A stretch of 63,577 nt of DNA, the filler included, from Sphacelaria rigidula (taxonomy: Eukaryota): NCBI GenBank assembly GCA_964200075.2. It is 5 parts of 5 records of this genome, joined end to end, with 100 filler letters (N's around TTAATTAATTAA, not from the genome) between each part and the next. Parts side by side here need not be neighbours in the genome. Positions count along the whole stretch, not along the records: positions 1 to 12,639 come from CAXNAA020003546.1; positions 12,740 to 25,375 come from CAXNAA020003547.1; 3 more parts are not named here. One strand, 5' to 3'. Both the position numbers and the translations under genes were made by a program. Below are positions 1 to 12,804 of this stretch, in pieces (positions within the stretch are counted from its first letter, which is position 1; every line of letters starts with the position of its first letter). The notes beneath the pieces were generated by a model that saw only the letters and a program-made list of their open reading frames with translations, had not been told where the DNA came from and made no database searches.

Positions 1-1376
1 GCGGATAATTCTTCTGTTATGATACTGCAATGACCCGAAAGATATCGTACAGTATCCCGAAGGATATCTGCTACTGTAGAAATGACCAAAACACGAACAA
101 TGTTCTGCCTGGCTCCAATTTTCACATTGAAATCAAGCATTCATGAAACTCATGCTAATACCAAGTAGATGTCTGACCTCACATTCAATTCAGGGAAATC
201 GCACCCCTGTACCCCTAGAGTCAATTGAAGTGCTTATCCGATGTTACACTGAAACCAAGTACTCTGCTCGTACCACACAAAACTCAAGTACTTGACCACA
301 CCCCCTTCTACCAACCCTACCCTTACCCCCCTGAATGGAACTAAATCACTCCGAGGATCCATTCTCCTTTATAACATTGGTAGACTACCTTTTGACGCCA
401 CCTCATCCAAGTGATGCGAGCGCACCGCAAACCATGCATGTTATGCTCCTTCACCTAGTGCAACGGCGGTTGTCCGAGACACAAGCGTGCAAGTCGCACC
501 GTACGTATGTTTTGAGTTGATCCACACTATCATCCCCACCTCAGACCCAACAGTATCTTCCCCTCGATGACAGCCGAAGTACTTTGGACAAAGAGGGGAG
601 ATCTGAGAAGAGTAGCCCGCCACTTGTCAAGGATGGGATAGTAGTCGAACCTGTCCATAACCCAAGCAGTTGTTTCTCTTGGACTTTCCAGCGGCCAATA
701 CTCTATTCTGCGTCTTTTGGTAACAGGTGTTGTCGGAAGGAAACATTTCACCGTGTAGCCACGAATTGATCGGTAGACACCAAGTATGACTGGAAACAAG
801 TTTTCGGAGGTTTACAAAAACAGTATGCTGTGTGCACTAATTTAGCACGCAAAGCACGTGTACAGCAAACGTGACATCACTCGTCGAGCGCCAACCAGCT
901 TTTTCTCTCGTGATCGACACAATGTACACGTGATGACCGGATCATGATACTATTCTGAAAGCTTGTTTGCTCTGGCAGTCGCCTTGCCCGTACGCCAATA
1001 TTTCGAGAAGTAAGTATCTGTCATAGCCCTATCAGGTGTGTTGTTAACGGGACCTTTTGTTCTGATTTTTCGGACCCCCCTCCCCGAGAAATTGTAGCTT
1101 CTTTCCGACTTCTCCAAAACGAGAAATTATTGAAAATAAATCCGACGCCAGAGATTCGCAGTCATCTAAAGTCAGTCTTGAGATAGATCCATTGCATGAC
1201 CTGGTCAAGAAATCTGCTCTCACATTTTCGGAGAGGAAGGTCTAGTTTCGAAAGTGTCAGAGGTCTCGTCTGAAAAATACGTACCGTTAACAGTACGCCT
1301 TCCACATATCATAGATACGGTCGCGTGGGTGTTCTTCTTGCCTGCACGTGCTTTTTGGAAGGTGCCTCTGCTGCCT

Positions 1377-1633
1377 GAGCACTGCTACGGTAGGGGTGCA
1401 CTTTTCTCGCGAAGTTTTGTGTGGTTGAGGCGCTCCTCACGATTCTAGAAGCACAAGAATGTGGGTCAGGGCATCCCCGTTTGCAGATTCATTCGGGATA
1501 TTCCCAGCACATTGGAATAGTAATCCTGGCGTACTTTCGCATATTTTCACAAGTCGTGTTTTGGGTGAGAAAAAGGGCTCCTAACAACTCTAACCTCAGA
1601 AAATATTTGTGTACCCCTACCGTAGCATCACTC
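1377..1633. mobile_element. 257-bp MITE, Sola2-like (GAG...CTC termini, 4-bp TSD)
   Basis: TIRs of ~25 bp (gagcactgctacggtaggggtgcac / gtgtacccctaccgtagcatcactc), with TSD GCCT on both sides. A second copy lies at 8349-8605. Confidence 0.85.
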
Positions 1634-3519
1634 GCCTGTAAAGAATCATGATGGTCAAGGGGAAGCATATCTTTCAGTCCAGGCAACATACCAAAACGTT
1701 TTCTTGAAGCCCAAATTTAGTGGTAGGAGGGAGTGGATCCGGCGACATTGTTCCATTTCGAGGCTTCTGTGCACTCATACGCTCTCACTATGGATTTACG
1801 ACTAATCATCTGCTCTTCATTGTTTCACCGTTTTGCAGGGCAAAAACATGACATTTTGTGCGTGGCATATGGCGAAAGGTTCTTCAGCCATACCGTAGAA
1901 GATTGTACTACCTAAAAAATGCACAACTTGCCATTGCTTAATCATCTGCTCGTTCTGGACCCTAATTGGGAAAATGAGGTGGAAGCTGCAGCTATGATTT
2001 CTACACTCTCTACAGTACGAGGTAAATGATTTGGTTCATCTTGGCAGTTCTTCTCTTGGAACAGCGATTCACTTTTTTACCAGATCATGTGACTTTTGAC
2101 GACGAGCAAAAGTGGAATCGGTGTTCGTTTTTCGATACAATATGCGACACATAGTGTATACGCATTAGTTAGGGTCGTTACAGAATGACTAAAAACTGCG
2201 ACCGGAGGTCATGAAAGAAGGTTGCTGTCGTAGCCCTCTTGCCGAGGGATCTTCAAAGGGAGGCGTAATTTCTCTATTGATACTTGAGACAAGGATTGGG
2301 AGTAAAAAGTCTGGGTAATAGGCAATGTGATCGATCTTGTACGGGGTACAGAGCAATTGTGATCCCCTGGAGAGGTTTTTACAGGAAACCTTGGTCAAAG
2401 CGCCGCCCCAACGTGTGAAAGTAAGGTTTCCGGCTGGGTGAGTTTGAGATGGCAGAAAAAACATCAGGTGGATATTGCGTCTTCCCTCTCAGGTTCACAT
2501 GTTTTCTCCTGTTCTGCAGTATGATGAGGTGACAGATTCGATCAGGAGGTGGCCTGTTTGAAGCTCATGCCAATCAAGGAACAGGGGGAGCAGGAGAAGG
2601 GGCAACGGCGGTAGCAGGGACAAACAACCATGGTTTCTGTGCCTGGAGATGCGGGCGAACAGGCACTCAGGCTCGACATTGTACTTGCCGTGCGACAGGC
2701 TGGGGATAACGGCGCTTGTCCGTTTGTCGAGGTCAACGACAAGCAGATAATCGCGTGATTGGGATGGGGACCGGGTGATAGCGCAGCATCGCCGATATCC
2801 TCTTGGATATTTTGACAGGGGTGCATTGTTTAGATTTGGCCTCGATGATCGGATCGATACGCTTGCCTCCACTCGTTACGGTAGGCGCACTGCTTCTTGT
2901 CGTGCTTGGCCGCACCGTCAGGCAGAGTTTGTTAACATTTTGACGCACTGCTTTTTGCCACAGGTGCAAAAGCAACACGCCATCCTCATTTCGCCTCGGC
3001 CCGGAGTCTCGACCTGCTTCTCGGGGTCGTGTCGTTCGAGTCAAAACCTTTACATCGCCGCCAGCCGCTGATAGCGTACAACGCAAAAAGGTACGTTGCC
3101 CTGGCACGCCCTTTTGCCGCATCAGCGGCATCGTCCGGCCAGAGTGCTTTTTACTCTTCACCTCTCTTTCACACAACCTTTTCTTAAGAGGTCCAGTACA
3201 GGATCACTCACGTTCGGGCCACGGGGGCGCAGTATCGCCATCCCGGTCGCTCAGGTCATGCCACGGATCGGCGGAGGCCGGGAGAATGTAGGAATGGGAT
3301 CGGACGAGACACGAAAGCCTGGACTGTGCAAGTCATGAAGTCCACATCGAGCTTGTGGTGCAGCAGAATTAACGTCTGAGCGATACCTTCTCGAGGATTC
3401 AGTTTAGAGACCACAGGGTGAGCTAGAGGGTGTCAAGGACGCTCTTGTGGCCTCTGCTAATGCCTTACAAGGGTTAGAGCGCTCTTCCAGCGCAGCCATG
3501 GTATCTGGCTGGGCCGGCA

Positions 3520-3845
3520 AATCAACTCCCACATTCCCTTTCCTTTTTGCGCACGATATTTTCATCCGTTCTTTTTCCTTCTTCCTTTCTTTTTGTTTAT
3601 TCGCTAGTTCTTCTTCATTCCCTTCATTTATTTGGCTTTGTTCTTGTTTTGTTTTTTTGTATTTTTGTGTTTCATTTTTGTGTTTTTGTTCCATTTTTTC
3701 GGGTTTGTTTTTCACTTTACTTTTTTCTTGAGCGCGGGTTTTTACGTTCTTAACCTGCAGTAGTATGTCTCTCTTGTGATCACGGCTGGGTCCCTCGGGG
3801 ATCGGTTAATGTGCGACAATCAATCCATCAACCCATTCATTTATC
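3520..3845 (+). mobile_element. Retroposon 3' end with pyrimidine-rich body and (CAAT)n-like tail
   Basis: Shared motif (g/c)acggctgg(g/a)t...gtgcgacaatcaatc; related minus-strand copies at ~17605-17860 and ~55855-56200. Confidence 0.5.
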
Positions 3846-4488
3846 CATCTGTCGACGTCCCGACGTTTTGCAGGTGTACCAACGAATATGTCGCGTGCGC
3901 GATTTGAGATAAGTCGACGTGAGGACAAAAAAACGTTATTGCGTTACCGGCCACACCCTTCAGCGCGAAGAGCTGCCAAAATAACATGTTTGTGGATTCT
4001 GTAGGCGACGCCGAGCCGCTCTGGACCGTGGCTCCTGCCACAGCGAAGGGGGTCAGGATGCCGCGGTCCAACTGTCGCTACCCGCCAAGGGTGAACATGC
4101 AAGGCGACGAGTACCTGCGCGTTTCTGTAGCGAAACTATTGAAAGAGTCAATCTTGTCCACAATTTTGCCTGTGCTATGTACTTTTGCGAGCAGGCACAG
4201 CATGTATGTGTGAAAGTATGTCATGAGCAACGTTGCTGCTGAACACGTCGACGACTCCACCCTGCTCGTTGGCAAGGACATCGCAAAATACCTTCGTCAA
4301 CGAGTATACTGTGCTCAAGGAGGAGAAGCATGTACAGTTATACTTCCGAGAAGTACTTCGCAGCAGCAGTCTGAAGGGGAAGGGGCACACCACGCATAGC
4401 GGGCCATGACAAATGGCCGAGAAAGGGATGGGCATCCCGCGGAACGGGCCACGACAGCCTGAGACGGGAATTGAGAAAGTAGAATGTT

Positions 4489-5501
4489 CGAAGGTTGTGT
4501 TCTGTAGGGTACGGGTGTTTTCGGTAGGGTACGAAATTTGTTACAAAACTTACAGAGCTGTCGAGTACGCGCATGTAAATCTTACAAAAAAAACAGGACT
4601 GTCGGGTACGATTACGGAAATCTCACAGAACTCACAAAACCTGTCGGGTACGGTATGGATGTTGTGCAGAAAACCTTTCCCACAACCGGGTTTTCTACAA
4701 GGGTATTCTCACACTCCGGGTCAAGGTAAATATTTGGTGTATATCGTCCAGAACTGTCGGGTACCGGTGAGGGAGGCTTACAGAACATACAGAATTGTCG
4801 GGTGTCGGCATGGGAAGCTTACAGAACTCACAGCACCTGTCGGGTACGGGTGACACCCGAGTAAATACCCACAAAAATCGTACCCTACAAAACAACCCCA
4901 TAATCTGAAAAATGCCGAAACCATGCTCCGCTACACTATAGTGCTCACTCATAGTTAGGGTCGGGTTTGGTTTTGATCCTTTTCCTCCCCTAGGATTCCC
5001 TTGCTCCGTCTCGAAAGGGATGCGTGGTCAATGGTCAAATGACTAAGGCAAGCAACAAATGAGTACGCCCCCCCCCCTAGGATTCCCTGAGGATGGTAAA
5101 GGAGGGAGGAATTTTCAAGGTTATATTCTGTCAGGTACGAGCATGTTCGGTAGGGTATAATATTTCTTACACAACTTAGAGAACTGTCTGGTATGGAAGT
5201 CTCATCGAACTTACAGAACCTGCCGGATACGGCATGGAGGTTGTACAGAGACCCTTAATAAAACCTCAACTGCAACCGGGTATTTCTACAACGATCTCCC
5301 CGTAGTCTGGATAAGGGTGAAAAAGTCGTACAATTCTCACGAAACAGTCGGGTACTGGTATGGGAAGCTTCCAGAAACCACAAAACTGTCGGGTACGGGT
5401 ATAGGAGCTTTTGCAGAAACCACACAAGTGTCGAGTACGTGTAATACCCGGGTAAATACTACGGGCACACCAAAAATCGTACCCCGCAGAACAAAACCTC
5501 G
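4489..5501. mobile_element. Two adjacent TIR elements with internal ~39-bp tandem array (cagaactcacagaactgtcgggtacgg...)
   Basis: Copies at ~4489-4900 and 5116-5501, each starting aaggtt(g/a)t(g/a)ttctgt and ending cgtaccc...aacc. Fragments also at ~7280-7445 and ~47326-47575. Confidence 0.65.
5001..5077 (+). mobile_element. ~70-nt retroposon matching the LINE 3' end, oligo(C) tail, with TSD
   Basis: ttgctccgtctcgaaagggatgcgtggtcaatggtcaaatgactaaggcaagcaacaaatgagtacg+C10, flanked by taggattccct at 4991-5001 and 5078-5088. Matches 51000-51065(-). Confidence 0.8.
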
Positions 5502-8340
5502 GAATGGTCCATCGAAGATGACGCTGAGGATACAGGTGAGGGCAGTTATAACTCAAAAAGTGAGCACAACCATGAGAACGAGGAAAGTTGAATGGAAGTC
5601 GAGGAACACGAAGACGAGGGCGGGGAACACGAGGACGAGGACAAGAAACACGAGGACGAGGACAAGAGGGGAATATAAGACGAAGTTGTGGCGCAGAGCC
5701 GTAGCGAGCATAGCGAGAGGGGAGAGGGCAGCAACGGACGAGCAAAACGCGTAGGAGGTCCTCTCCGGACGAAAGCGCCAGGGGGCAGGCAGAGAAAACG
5801 TCTGCGCCTCCTGTGAGCTAGCACGGGCGTACGAGGTAGCGGAAATCTTATTATGTTTGTGATCCGTGAAGGCCTGCACTGTAACCAGTTGCGCGGGTGA
5901 TGTGTTCGAGACAAAGGGCTTGATGTGCTGTACTACATATGAACGAGTCGGGTACAAATAGTGCGGAGCATTGCTCGCGATTGAGTCTCCATTGCTCGGT
6001 ATCTACACGCTAACGTAACAGTTTCGATCAAGGCTAGTATGGTCCGTACTGCTGTAGATATGGTTGACTGAGAGGAGTGCGGTACCCTTGGGCGATCACG
6101 GGTCAGATTAGACTCTTCCCACTCGCTGTTTCGGCAAGCTTTTCCGGCACCAGTCGGTGCCGAATAAATATATTTCCACGTGTTTGTCGCTTACGATATG
6201 TTTTCGCTGCTTTCGTATTCAAGGGCCGGAAAGCAGTGCAAACGGGGTAGCAATCAAGGGTCGCTACTTCCTACATGAGTGCTAGCATATCCTTTGAAAG
6301 CGGCCACGAGTCCGAAAAAAGTGTACTTCCCCAGCCTACTTCCGTCTCCATAACTACACGTTTTTTTCATCCTGCACGTGTTGGATTCAGACGCACAAGT
6401 TCAGGTCGAGCGTCTAGAGTGCGCCTCACGACAAACGTGGCGGATAAACAGGACGTACGACCTAAATGGGGGAAACTCTAGCAACTCATGTTTGTATCCC
6501 TCCAAAAAAGGCCGTCGAGCGGGGGGGGTGGAGTCGAAATATCCGATCCTGATCCAGCCTACACAGTTTTCTACAGAAATAAGTAAGACCATATCTTACG
6601 GGCACGAACAAATTGCTTGCTTGAAAAACGACTATTTCGGTCCTTCGGCGGCGTTTTTCGCGCGGAAAGACGGCCAGGCGGATAATGTCACCTCGGAATA
6701 ACTTGCTCTATTACGTGAGAGGACTCCGACACACTTTCTTCGGCGATATTGATGGCTGGAGTTTTCATTTTGGACAGGAAATCACGAATGGCGTAAACGT
6801 TGGACACCAGGCTGGCTGGGGTCACTTCAGTAAATGTCCAAGGTTTGGGCTATTATTTATGGTTCGTCGCCCAAAATTCAAACTACTACTGCATGTCTTC
6901 CCGGGGTGACATCATCGGCCTGACCGTCCTTTCGCGTGCAAAAAGGTATCGGAGGACCAAAAGAGACACATTTGAGCAAAAAGCTTCTACGATCTCGTCA
7001 GAAAATCCCTCCCGCCGGTCAGGAAGATCGAAACGATCTTGTGTGGTACTGCTACGGTAATTTCCGACTGAATCAGGAGATGTTTATAATTTTTTCGTTG
7101 TCGCCGATTTTCAATAGTTTATTCATGTGCCACCGCTCATTCTAGCGAACGTTTGATCTCAAAGTCTGGGCATCGAGAGATACGAGGCATCTGAACCACA
7201 GTCTGGAACCAATATTCTCTCTGCGCCCAACATTGAGCTCAATGACTTCCGGGCTGAGCGGTCCTCGGGGGTCCTTCGACTACCCAGTTCCAGGTTCGGT
7301 ACGGGAGGCTTACAGAAAACCGTACCGGCAATCGGGTATTTCTTCAAGGGCATAGCCGCGCTCCGAGTACGGGCATACATTCGGTACATAACTCACAGAA
7401 CTGTCGGGTAAGGATATATATCGGAGGCGTAAAAAACTCACTGACCTCTGACCCTTGGGTATTTTTGCTCGCTTAATTCAATTCCGATCGTTTTCGTGAA
7501 CGAATGTAAATGATATTTTTACATTATCTATTGCGCTAGAGCCGAGAAAACGTGTTTTTGTAGCAGCGACGGTCGACAACACCCCCCCGAAAAACAAGGT
7601 CCTTCCTCCGTATCTCCCCAACAACGCCAACTTGAGATCTGCACCATGAGGACCACCTTATCCTCTTCCTCCTATCTTTCGACGCCAGGAATTTCGAGTG
7701 CTAAGGAAGAATACTACACTAGAAAATCCAGAAAAAAAACAACTATGACAGCTGCCCAACCGAGCTCTGTATGGCATAGGATGTTTTCATGATCTTGCAT
7801 GCCGTAGTCATAAGACCAGTGATCTCGCATCCCCATGAAGCCGAGACGGAGCACGCCGGGTTTTCGTCGGACCAGGCTCGCGATCAATCACCAAGCGCGA
7901 AGCGCCGTGATGGGTTTGGTGGGTCACATGAAGGGTGGCCTGCATCCTGCCAAGATTGTTCGACTCGAAGCGTATTAAGCATCTTGCACGTGGATGCCAG
8001 CCTACAATGAGTTGCTTCATTTTCTGGTATTGCCACGTCCAGACGTAGGCACAGGTTCCACACTGCCTCATGGACGTGTCACCATTTATGCACTGCGTAG
8101 TATAACATCCCCGTTTGCGCGGAGTTGAAGTTCTCCATCCCACACAATATTAATCTAGCTCAACAACCATCATGGTTATCGAAAAAAAAACGCAAGTGCA
8201 AAAGAAAACGATACCCTGGTTGCCTCGTTACGCAGTGAGTGACGTGTTTCACAGCGCCGTTGCTAATCGACGTCAACCCTCAAATGGAAAGGTGATATGG
8301 CACAGGGAGGGGGAGGGGGGGGGGGGACGGGGGGGTGAAT

Positions 8341-9443
8341 CAATCCCGGAGTGATGCTACGGTAGGGGTACACAAATATCTTCTGAGGTTAGAATTGTTA
8401 GGAGCCCTTCACCTCATCCAAAACACGACTTGTGAAAATATGCGAGAGTACGCCAGGATTACTATTCCAATGTGCTGGGGATATCTTGAATGAATATGCG
8501 AACGGGGATGCCCTGACCCATACTCTTCTGCGTCTAAAATCCTTAGGAGCCCCAGAGGCAGACAAAATTTCGTGAAAAAAGTTCACCCCCACCGTAGCAT
8601 TGCTCCCCGATTGCCCTCGTGGATAGTTCTACGGACCTTTCTTAGCTGTATTTTTCCTATTCATTGCACCAGAGCAAGAAGAAACGTGTTTTGGACCAAA
8701 AACGGTCAATAACACCCCATGTCAATTCAACCCGGAAGTCGCTAAATATTGAGCGCAAAGACGACCTTTGTTTCAGAGTGTGTAGTGGGTGCCTAGTATC
8801 TCCCGATCCCCAAACTTGGGGACCAAACGTTCACTGGGATGAGCAATGGCACGCGAAAAAAGGACTGAAAGTGGCAGACCTTGGAAAAACTACACAAATC
8901 CCTGATTCAGCGGGAAACTACTACTGTCCCCTGAAACCAGAGTGAGGGATAACTGTCAAGTTGCGAGAAAAATCGTGGAGTTCTTTATCTCTGTGCAGAT
9001 ATGCATGGTATGTACGACTGCTGATTCACATCAGACTGCGACGGCAGTGCTTGGAGGTTCCCTAAAATGATTGTCTTCGAAAATGAGGTTGAACATTAAA
9101 TTAGGTTCAGCTCCAAAATATTCGTTTGCAGCTGAAATATAGGGGACTGGGTAACTTTTCCTAGTCGACAATTTGCAACGATTTCCGGCGTGCCATCGCT
9201 CATCCAAGTGAAGGTTTGATCCCGAAGTTTTGGGGATCGGGAGATACTAGGCATCCGCTCCACATTCCGAAACAAGAATCGTCTCTGCGCACAATTTGAA
9301 CGACTTGCGGGCTGAGTTGACAGGGAGGGGGTGTTATTGACCGTTTTTGGTCCAAAACACATGATTGTCGGCCCTAATGCGATGAATACGCACAGCTAAA
9401 CATTAAGCGCCTGTAAAATTATCCACGAGAGCGATCGGGATTG
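8341..9443. mobile_element. Long-TIR (foldback-type) non-autonomous DNA element hosting the 8349-8605 MITE
   Basis: 8606-~8890 is an imperfect inverted repeat of ~9160-9440 (shared gtgttttggaccaaaaacggtcaataacacccc and gcctagtatctcccgatccccaaa). The left terminus caatcccg|attg is split by the MITE. Confidence 0.7.
8349..8605. mobile_element. 257-bp MITE, same family as 1377-1633, inverted orientation
   Basis: Aligns end to end with the reverse complement of 1377-1633; TSD CCCG at 8345-8348 and 8606-8609. Confidence 0.85.
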
Positions 9444-11004
9444 GTTTTTCACTCGTGTGCAATGCAGAGCTTGATTGGCCAATTCTCGTAGTTGGGTATT
9501 TTTCTGATTTTTTCTCGTGTAGTATCCTTCCTCAGGATTGATTTTCCCTCGATTTTGGGGTGGAAAAAAGGGACGCTTTCATCAGTCAGCCCGAGTATAA
9601 CAACCTGGATTCGTTTTTGAGGTTCAATATTTATTTGAGGTTCAACGGACCATCGAAATTTCATTTATTCTGTTCAAAAGGCTCGGGATTCGCAACCGCT
9701 TTCGACCATGTGCCCCTAACGCAGAAGTTTCTGCGCGGCAGCGAAAGCATGATGGTGAGGAGTCCAACAGAAAAGCCACCGTCATTCATTGTGTGGCATC
9801 TTTTGAGCAACCTCTCTCTGCGTCTAAGCGCTGCGGAACACGTAACAAATCATGCTAGAAACATACCCATCTGAACTAGTCGTCGAGTTTTCGAGCGCCT
9901 CTTGTTGAGTATCTGAGAGAGACTTCATACTGTAGCGCCGGCGACGACCGCCGTCAGCGAAACGATCCAATGCGGCGGCAGATGCCAACGATCTTTGGAA
10001 CGCATCATCATTCAGCAGTCTGCTGAGATATACCGGTGCCCCACAATAAAGCTGCAGACACACACAACGGGGGTAAGGGTTAGCCCCACGCCTGGGGTTG
10101 TTTCGCCAGTAGTGCCCATGCGAGGCGCTTCATCCAATCTGAACCAGCTATCACGCCTTGTATGGCTACCTCCGCCGTGGCTGTGTTGAGAACCGGTTTC
10201 GCGGTGGGCTGTCGAACAATGCTGAGTCTACTGTAGTGCAACGCGCTTCGAAATTTCTTTTTAATTTAGAAGCCGCGGCAGCTGCAGTTTGAACATCCCT
10301 TCTGACGGTCCCAAACGGATCTGATGCAACGACGAAAAGCGCTGGCACCTTCCCCTTCAGATGGGACTTGAGATACCCTCAAGGCCCAACTCTAAATGTA
10401 TAAAAGAGCATGGGCCTGCAAACTTCAAATCCGCCTCTAGGCTGGCCCAGCTCATATGGTGCCTTTGTACGTACAATTTGGGGTTACGGAAGACGAGAGA
10501 CCCCCAGGAATAGTTTCAGGGAGGTCGGGGGGCAGGATATCGTCCATATATGAAGGCCGTTTGTCATGACTTTGAGGTCGGTAACCTCATTTAAATGTTC
10601 AAGCTCATTCCCGAAGATAATTTCTTCCTAGCTAGGTAGGCTAATCTACACGAATTGCGATTCGCATTGAGCACTTCCATCGTTGCCGTGGAAGAGGTGG
10701 GGTCGCCATATCATCATGATGCTGCCTAGCGGCGTGTCGATGTTGCGTGTCACACGTGCACATTTTGCGCTCGACGCAGGGTACATGGGGCGGTACCTTG
10801 CCAAGCGTGCATATCGTAGAGGCGGGTGCCTCAAAAGAGCACACGCTGCACAGGATCGGACCTTGCACAAGGTTGGATCTTGTGCACAATGAGAAGATGT
10901 ATAGCGACCCTGTGCAAGGATGGACCGTGAGAGGGTGCATGGGACGGTATCCTGTCAATAAGGTTGTCCTTTTTTACGGCCCTTGCAAGCGTGCACACCG
11001 TAAG

Positions 11005-11072
11005 GCGTACTCATTTGTTGCTTGCCTTAGTCGTTTGACCATTGACCACGCATCCCTTTCGAGACGGAGCAA
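11005..11072 (-). mobile_element. ~70-nt LINE-3'-end retroposon copy
   Basis: Reverse complement nearly identical to 5001-5068, with the same 5' boundary. No clear tail or TSD. Confidence 0.75.
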
Positions 11073-12381
11073 TACGGTGTGTCCCAAAAGAGCGCACCCA
11101 CTACACATACGATATATATGGCGACCCTGTGCAAGGATGAACCGTAAGCACCGGGGTATACCCCCATACCGGATCGCTAGTGAGAGTGAGTCCTCTGCAC
11201 GGCAACTCCAGAGGCCACCTACAGTAGTATAAGGTTAGACCTTAACAGGCGCCCCTATATGACGGCCTGAGAGGTTGGACCTGGTGTACGACAAACTACT
11301 CAGGCCCCGTGCAAGGTTGGGTCCTGTGTATAACGTCACACCAACATGTAAAACGAAATCCTGCAGTAGGCGTTGACAGAGCTGGTGTTGAACGGAATCC
11401 TGAATCCTGTACAAGAAAAGGCTACAGTACTTGGCCCTGCATAGCGCGAAGCTCATCGAACGGGCGCATTCGTACGGACAGCATCATTCCCTACAGAGTG
11501 CGGTGATTACTCACTTCTTTGGCATGGAGCAGAAAACTCATGTCTCTGTGATCTTCATTCACTTCTTCGGCGATACTGTACGGTGCAGAGTCTACTTCTA
11601 CTGCAGAACCGCTGTGGCGTTCAGTTCAGTCTCCAAACCCCGAACCCCGATATTCTTCTACATCCAAAATATATGGAAGCGTTCGTGCGTACAATAAAAT
11701 GTGGAAAATGACGACGATAGGGGATGCGTACCGCGATTGCAGGCTGCAGACAGGATGCTGGGAGCCCCGCCGTTTCCAAAGCAATTGGTGATGGATCTCG
11801 CTTCAGGTACCCGTGGCGAAATTGCGTGGGCGAAGGAGACACTGGAGTCAACTTTCTCTCTAACTCCGACCAGGTCAGCAAATGACCTCTATAGCCATGA
11901 CGTGACAACGCTTGCCCGCTTCTGGAAGAACTGTTCCTGCAAAACTATCTTTACAAATCGTACGATGCCCTCGCGAGACCAACACCTGTCCTGGTGGTGC
12001 ATCGCTCAACATCGAGGCGTTCGCGGTCGATCCTGCCTGCAGGATCAAGGTGAACCGGTCGTGCGGTAGTCTTGCCCCATGGTATTCAGTATGTTGCTGC
12101 CCATGCTACATGTCTCCTGAACGTTTTCGTGCGACTCGTGTGTCATGTGTCCTCGATTATTTGCACCAAGACAAGAAAAGTGCTGATGAAATGAGAAAAA
12201 AAGTGAAGTGACGGATCACAACTTCATTATCATGAGAAATGAGTGAGTGAAGGTGGGGTTCTAAAACAAAATAAAAGAGAAATATCCTGTGTTGGTCTTC
12301 CTCCTGTGTGACCCCCGCTGAGGCGCCCACGTAATATACCAAAAGGTGTAGACTGGCCCTCAGGCAAAATAAGTGGAATGA

Positions 12382-12382
12382 C

Positions 12383-12418
<36 letters not shown>
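12382..12418. repeat. (AC)n microsatellite
   Basis: Direct reading. Confidence 0.95.
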
Positions 12419-12421
<3 letters not shown>

Positions 12422-12639
12422 GGTAGTCACAAGTCTACACATGTCCACACACACGAAGGGACCATATCTCCCTCGGCATGGTCCCGGGAATATTCGTGGA
12501 TCCCTCCGCCTCGTTCCAAGAATGTTCGCAGGGCAAAGGCCTAGGAATGGTACACCTTCTCGTTTTTTGCCCAAAAAAGATACGAAAAATGGCCAGACAC
12601 GCGAAAACAGCCAATCAAGCCATTTTGACCATTTTCGCT

Positions 12640-12739
12640 NNNNNNNNNNNNNNNNNNNNNNNNNNNNNNNNNNNNNNNNNNNNTTAATTAATTAANNNNN
12701 NNNNNNNNNNNNNNNNNNNNNNNNNNNNNNNNNNNNNNN
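12640..12739. other. Artificial scaffold linker (N-TTAATTAATTAA-N); also at ~25375-25475, 38111-38210 and 50845-50944
   Basis: The identical 12-mer, with stops in all six frames, is centred in ~100-nt N runs four times. Confidence 0.97.
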
Positions 12740-12804
12740 AGCGTCACTCTACTGCACGGTCTCACTCAGAGTTTCTTTGTTGACTTCTTGTTCTCGACGT
12801 CAAG

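Noticed and set aside
5266-5957. Overlapping ORFs with RT/PR dipeptide runs
   Set aside because: Derived from (ACGAGG)n and the 39-bp array; no coding evidence.
6050-6220. Solo LTR (TG...CA with AATAAA)
   Set aside because: No TSD, no second copy, and no PBS or PPT found.
10995-11081. Inverted flanks (cacaccgta / tacggtgtg) around the 70-nt retroposon
   Set aside because: The host is itself a degenerate repeat with internal symmetry (~10790-11420), and a single case cannot support a mechanism.
11690-11800. Gypsy RT-like motif (SRYASPIVVI) on the minus strand
   Set aside because: Isolated match with no downstream DYR or YxDD motifs; probably chance.
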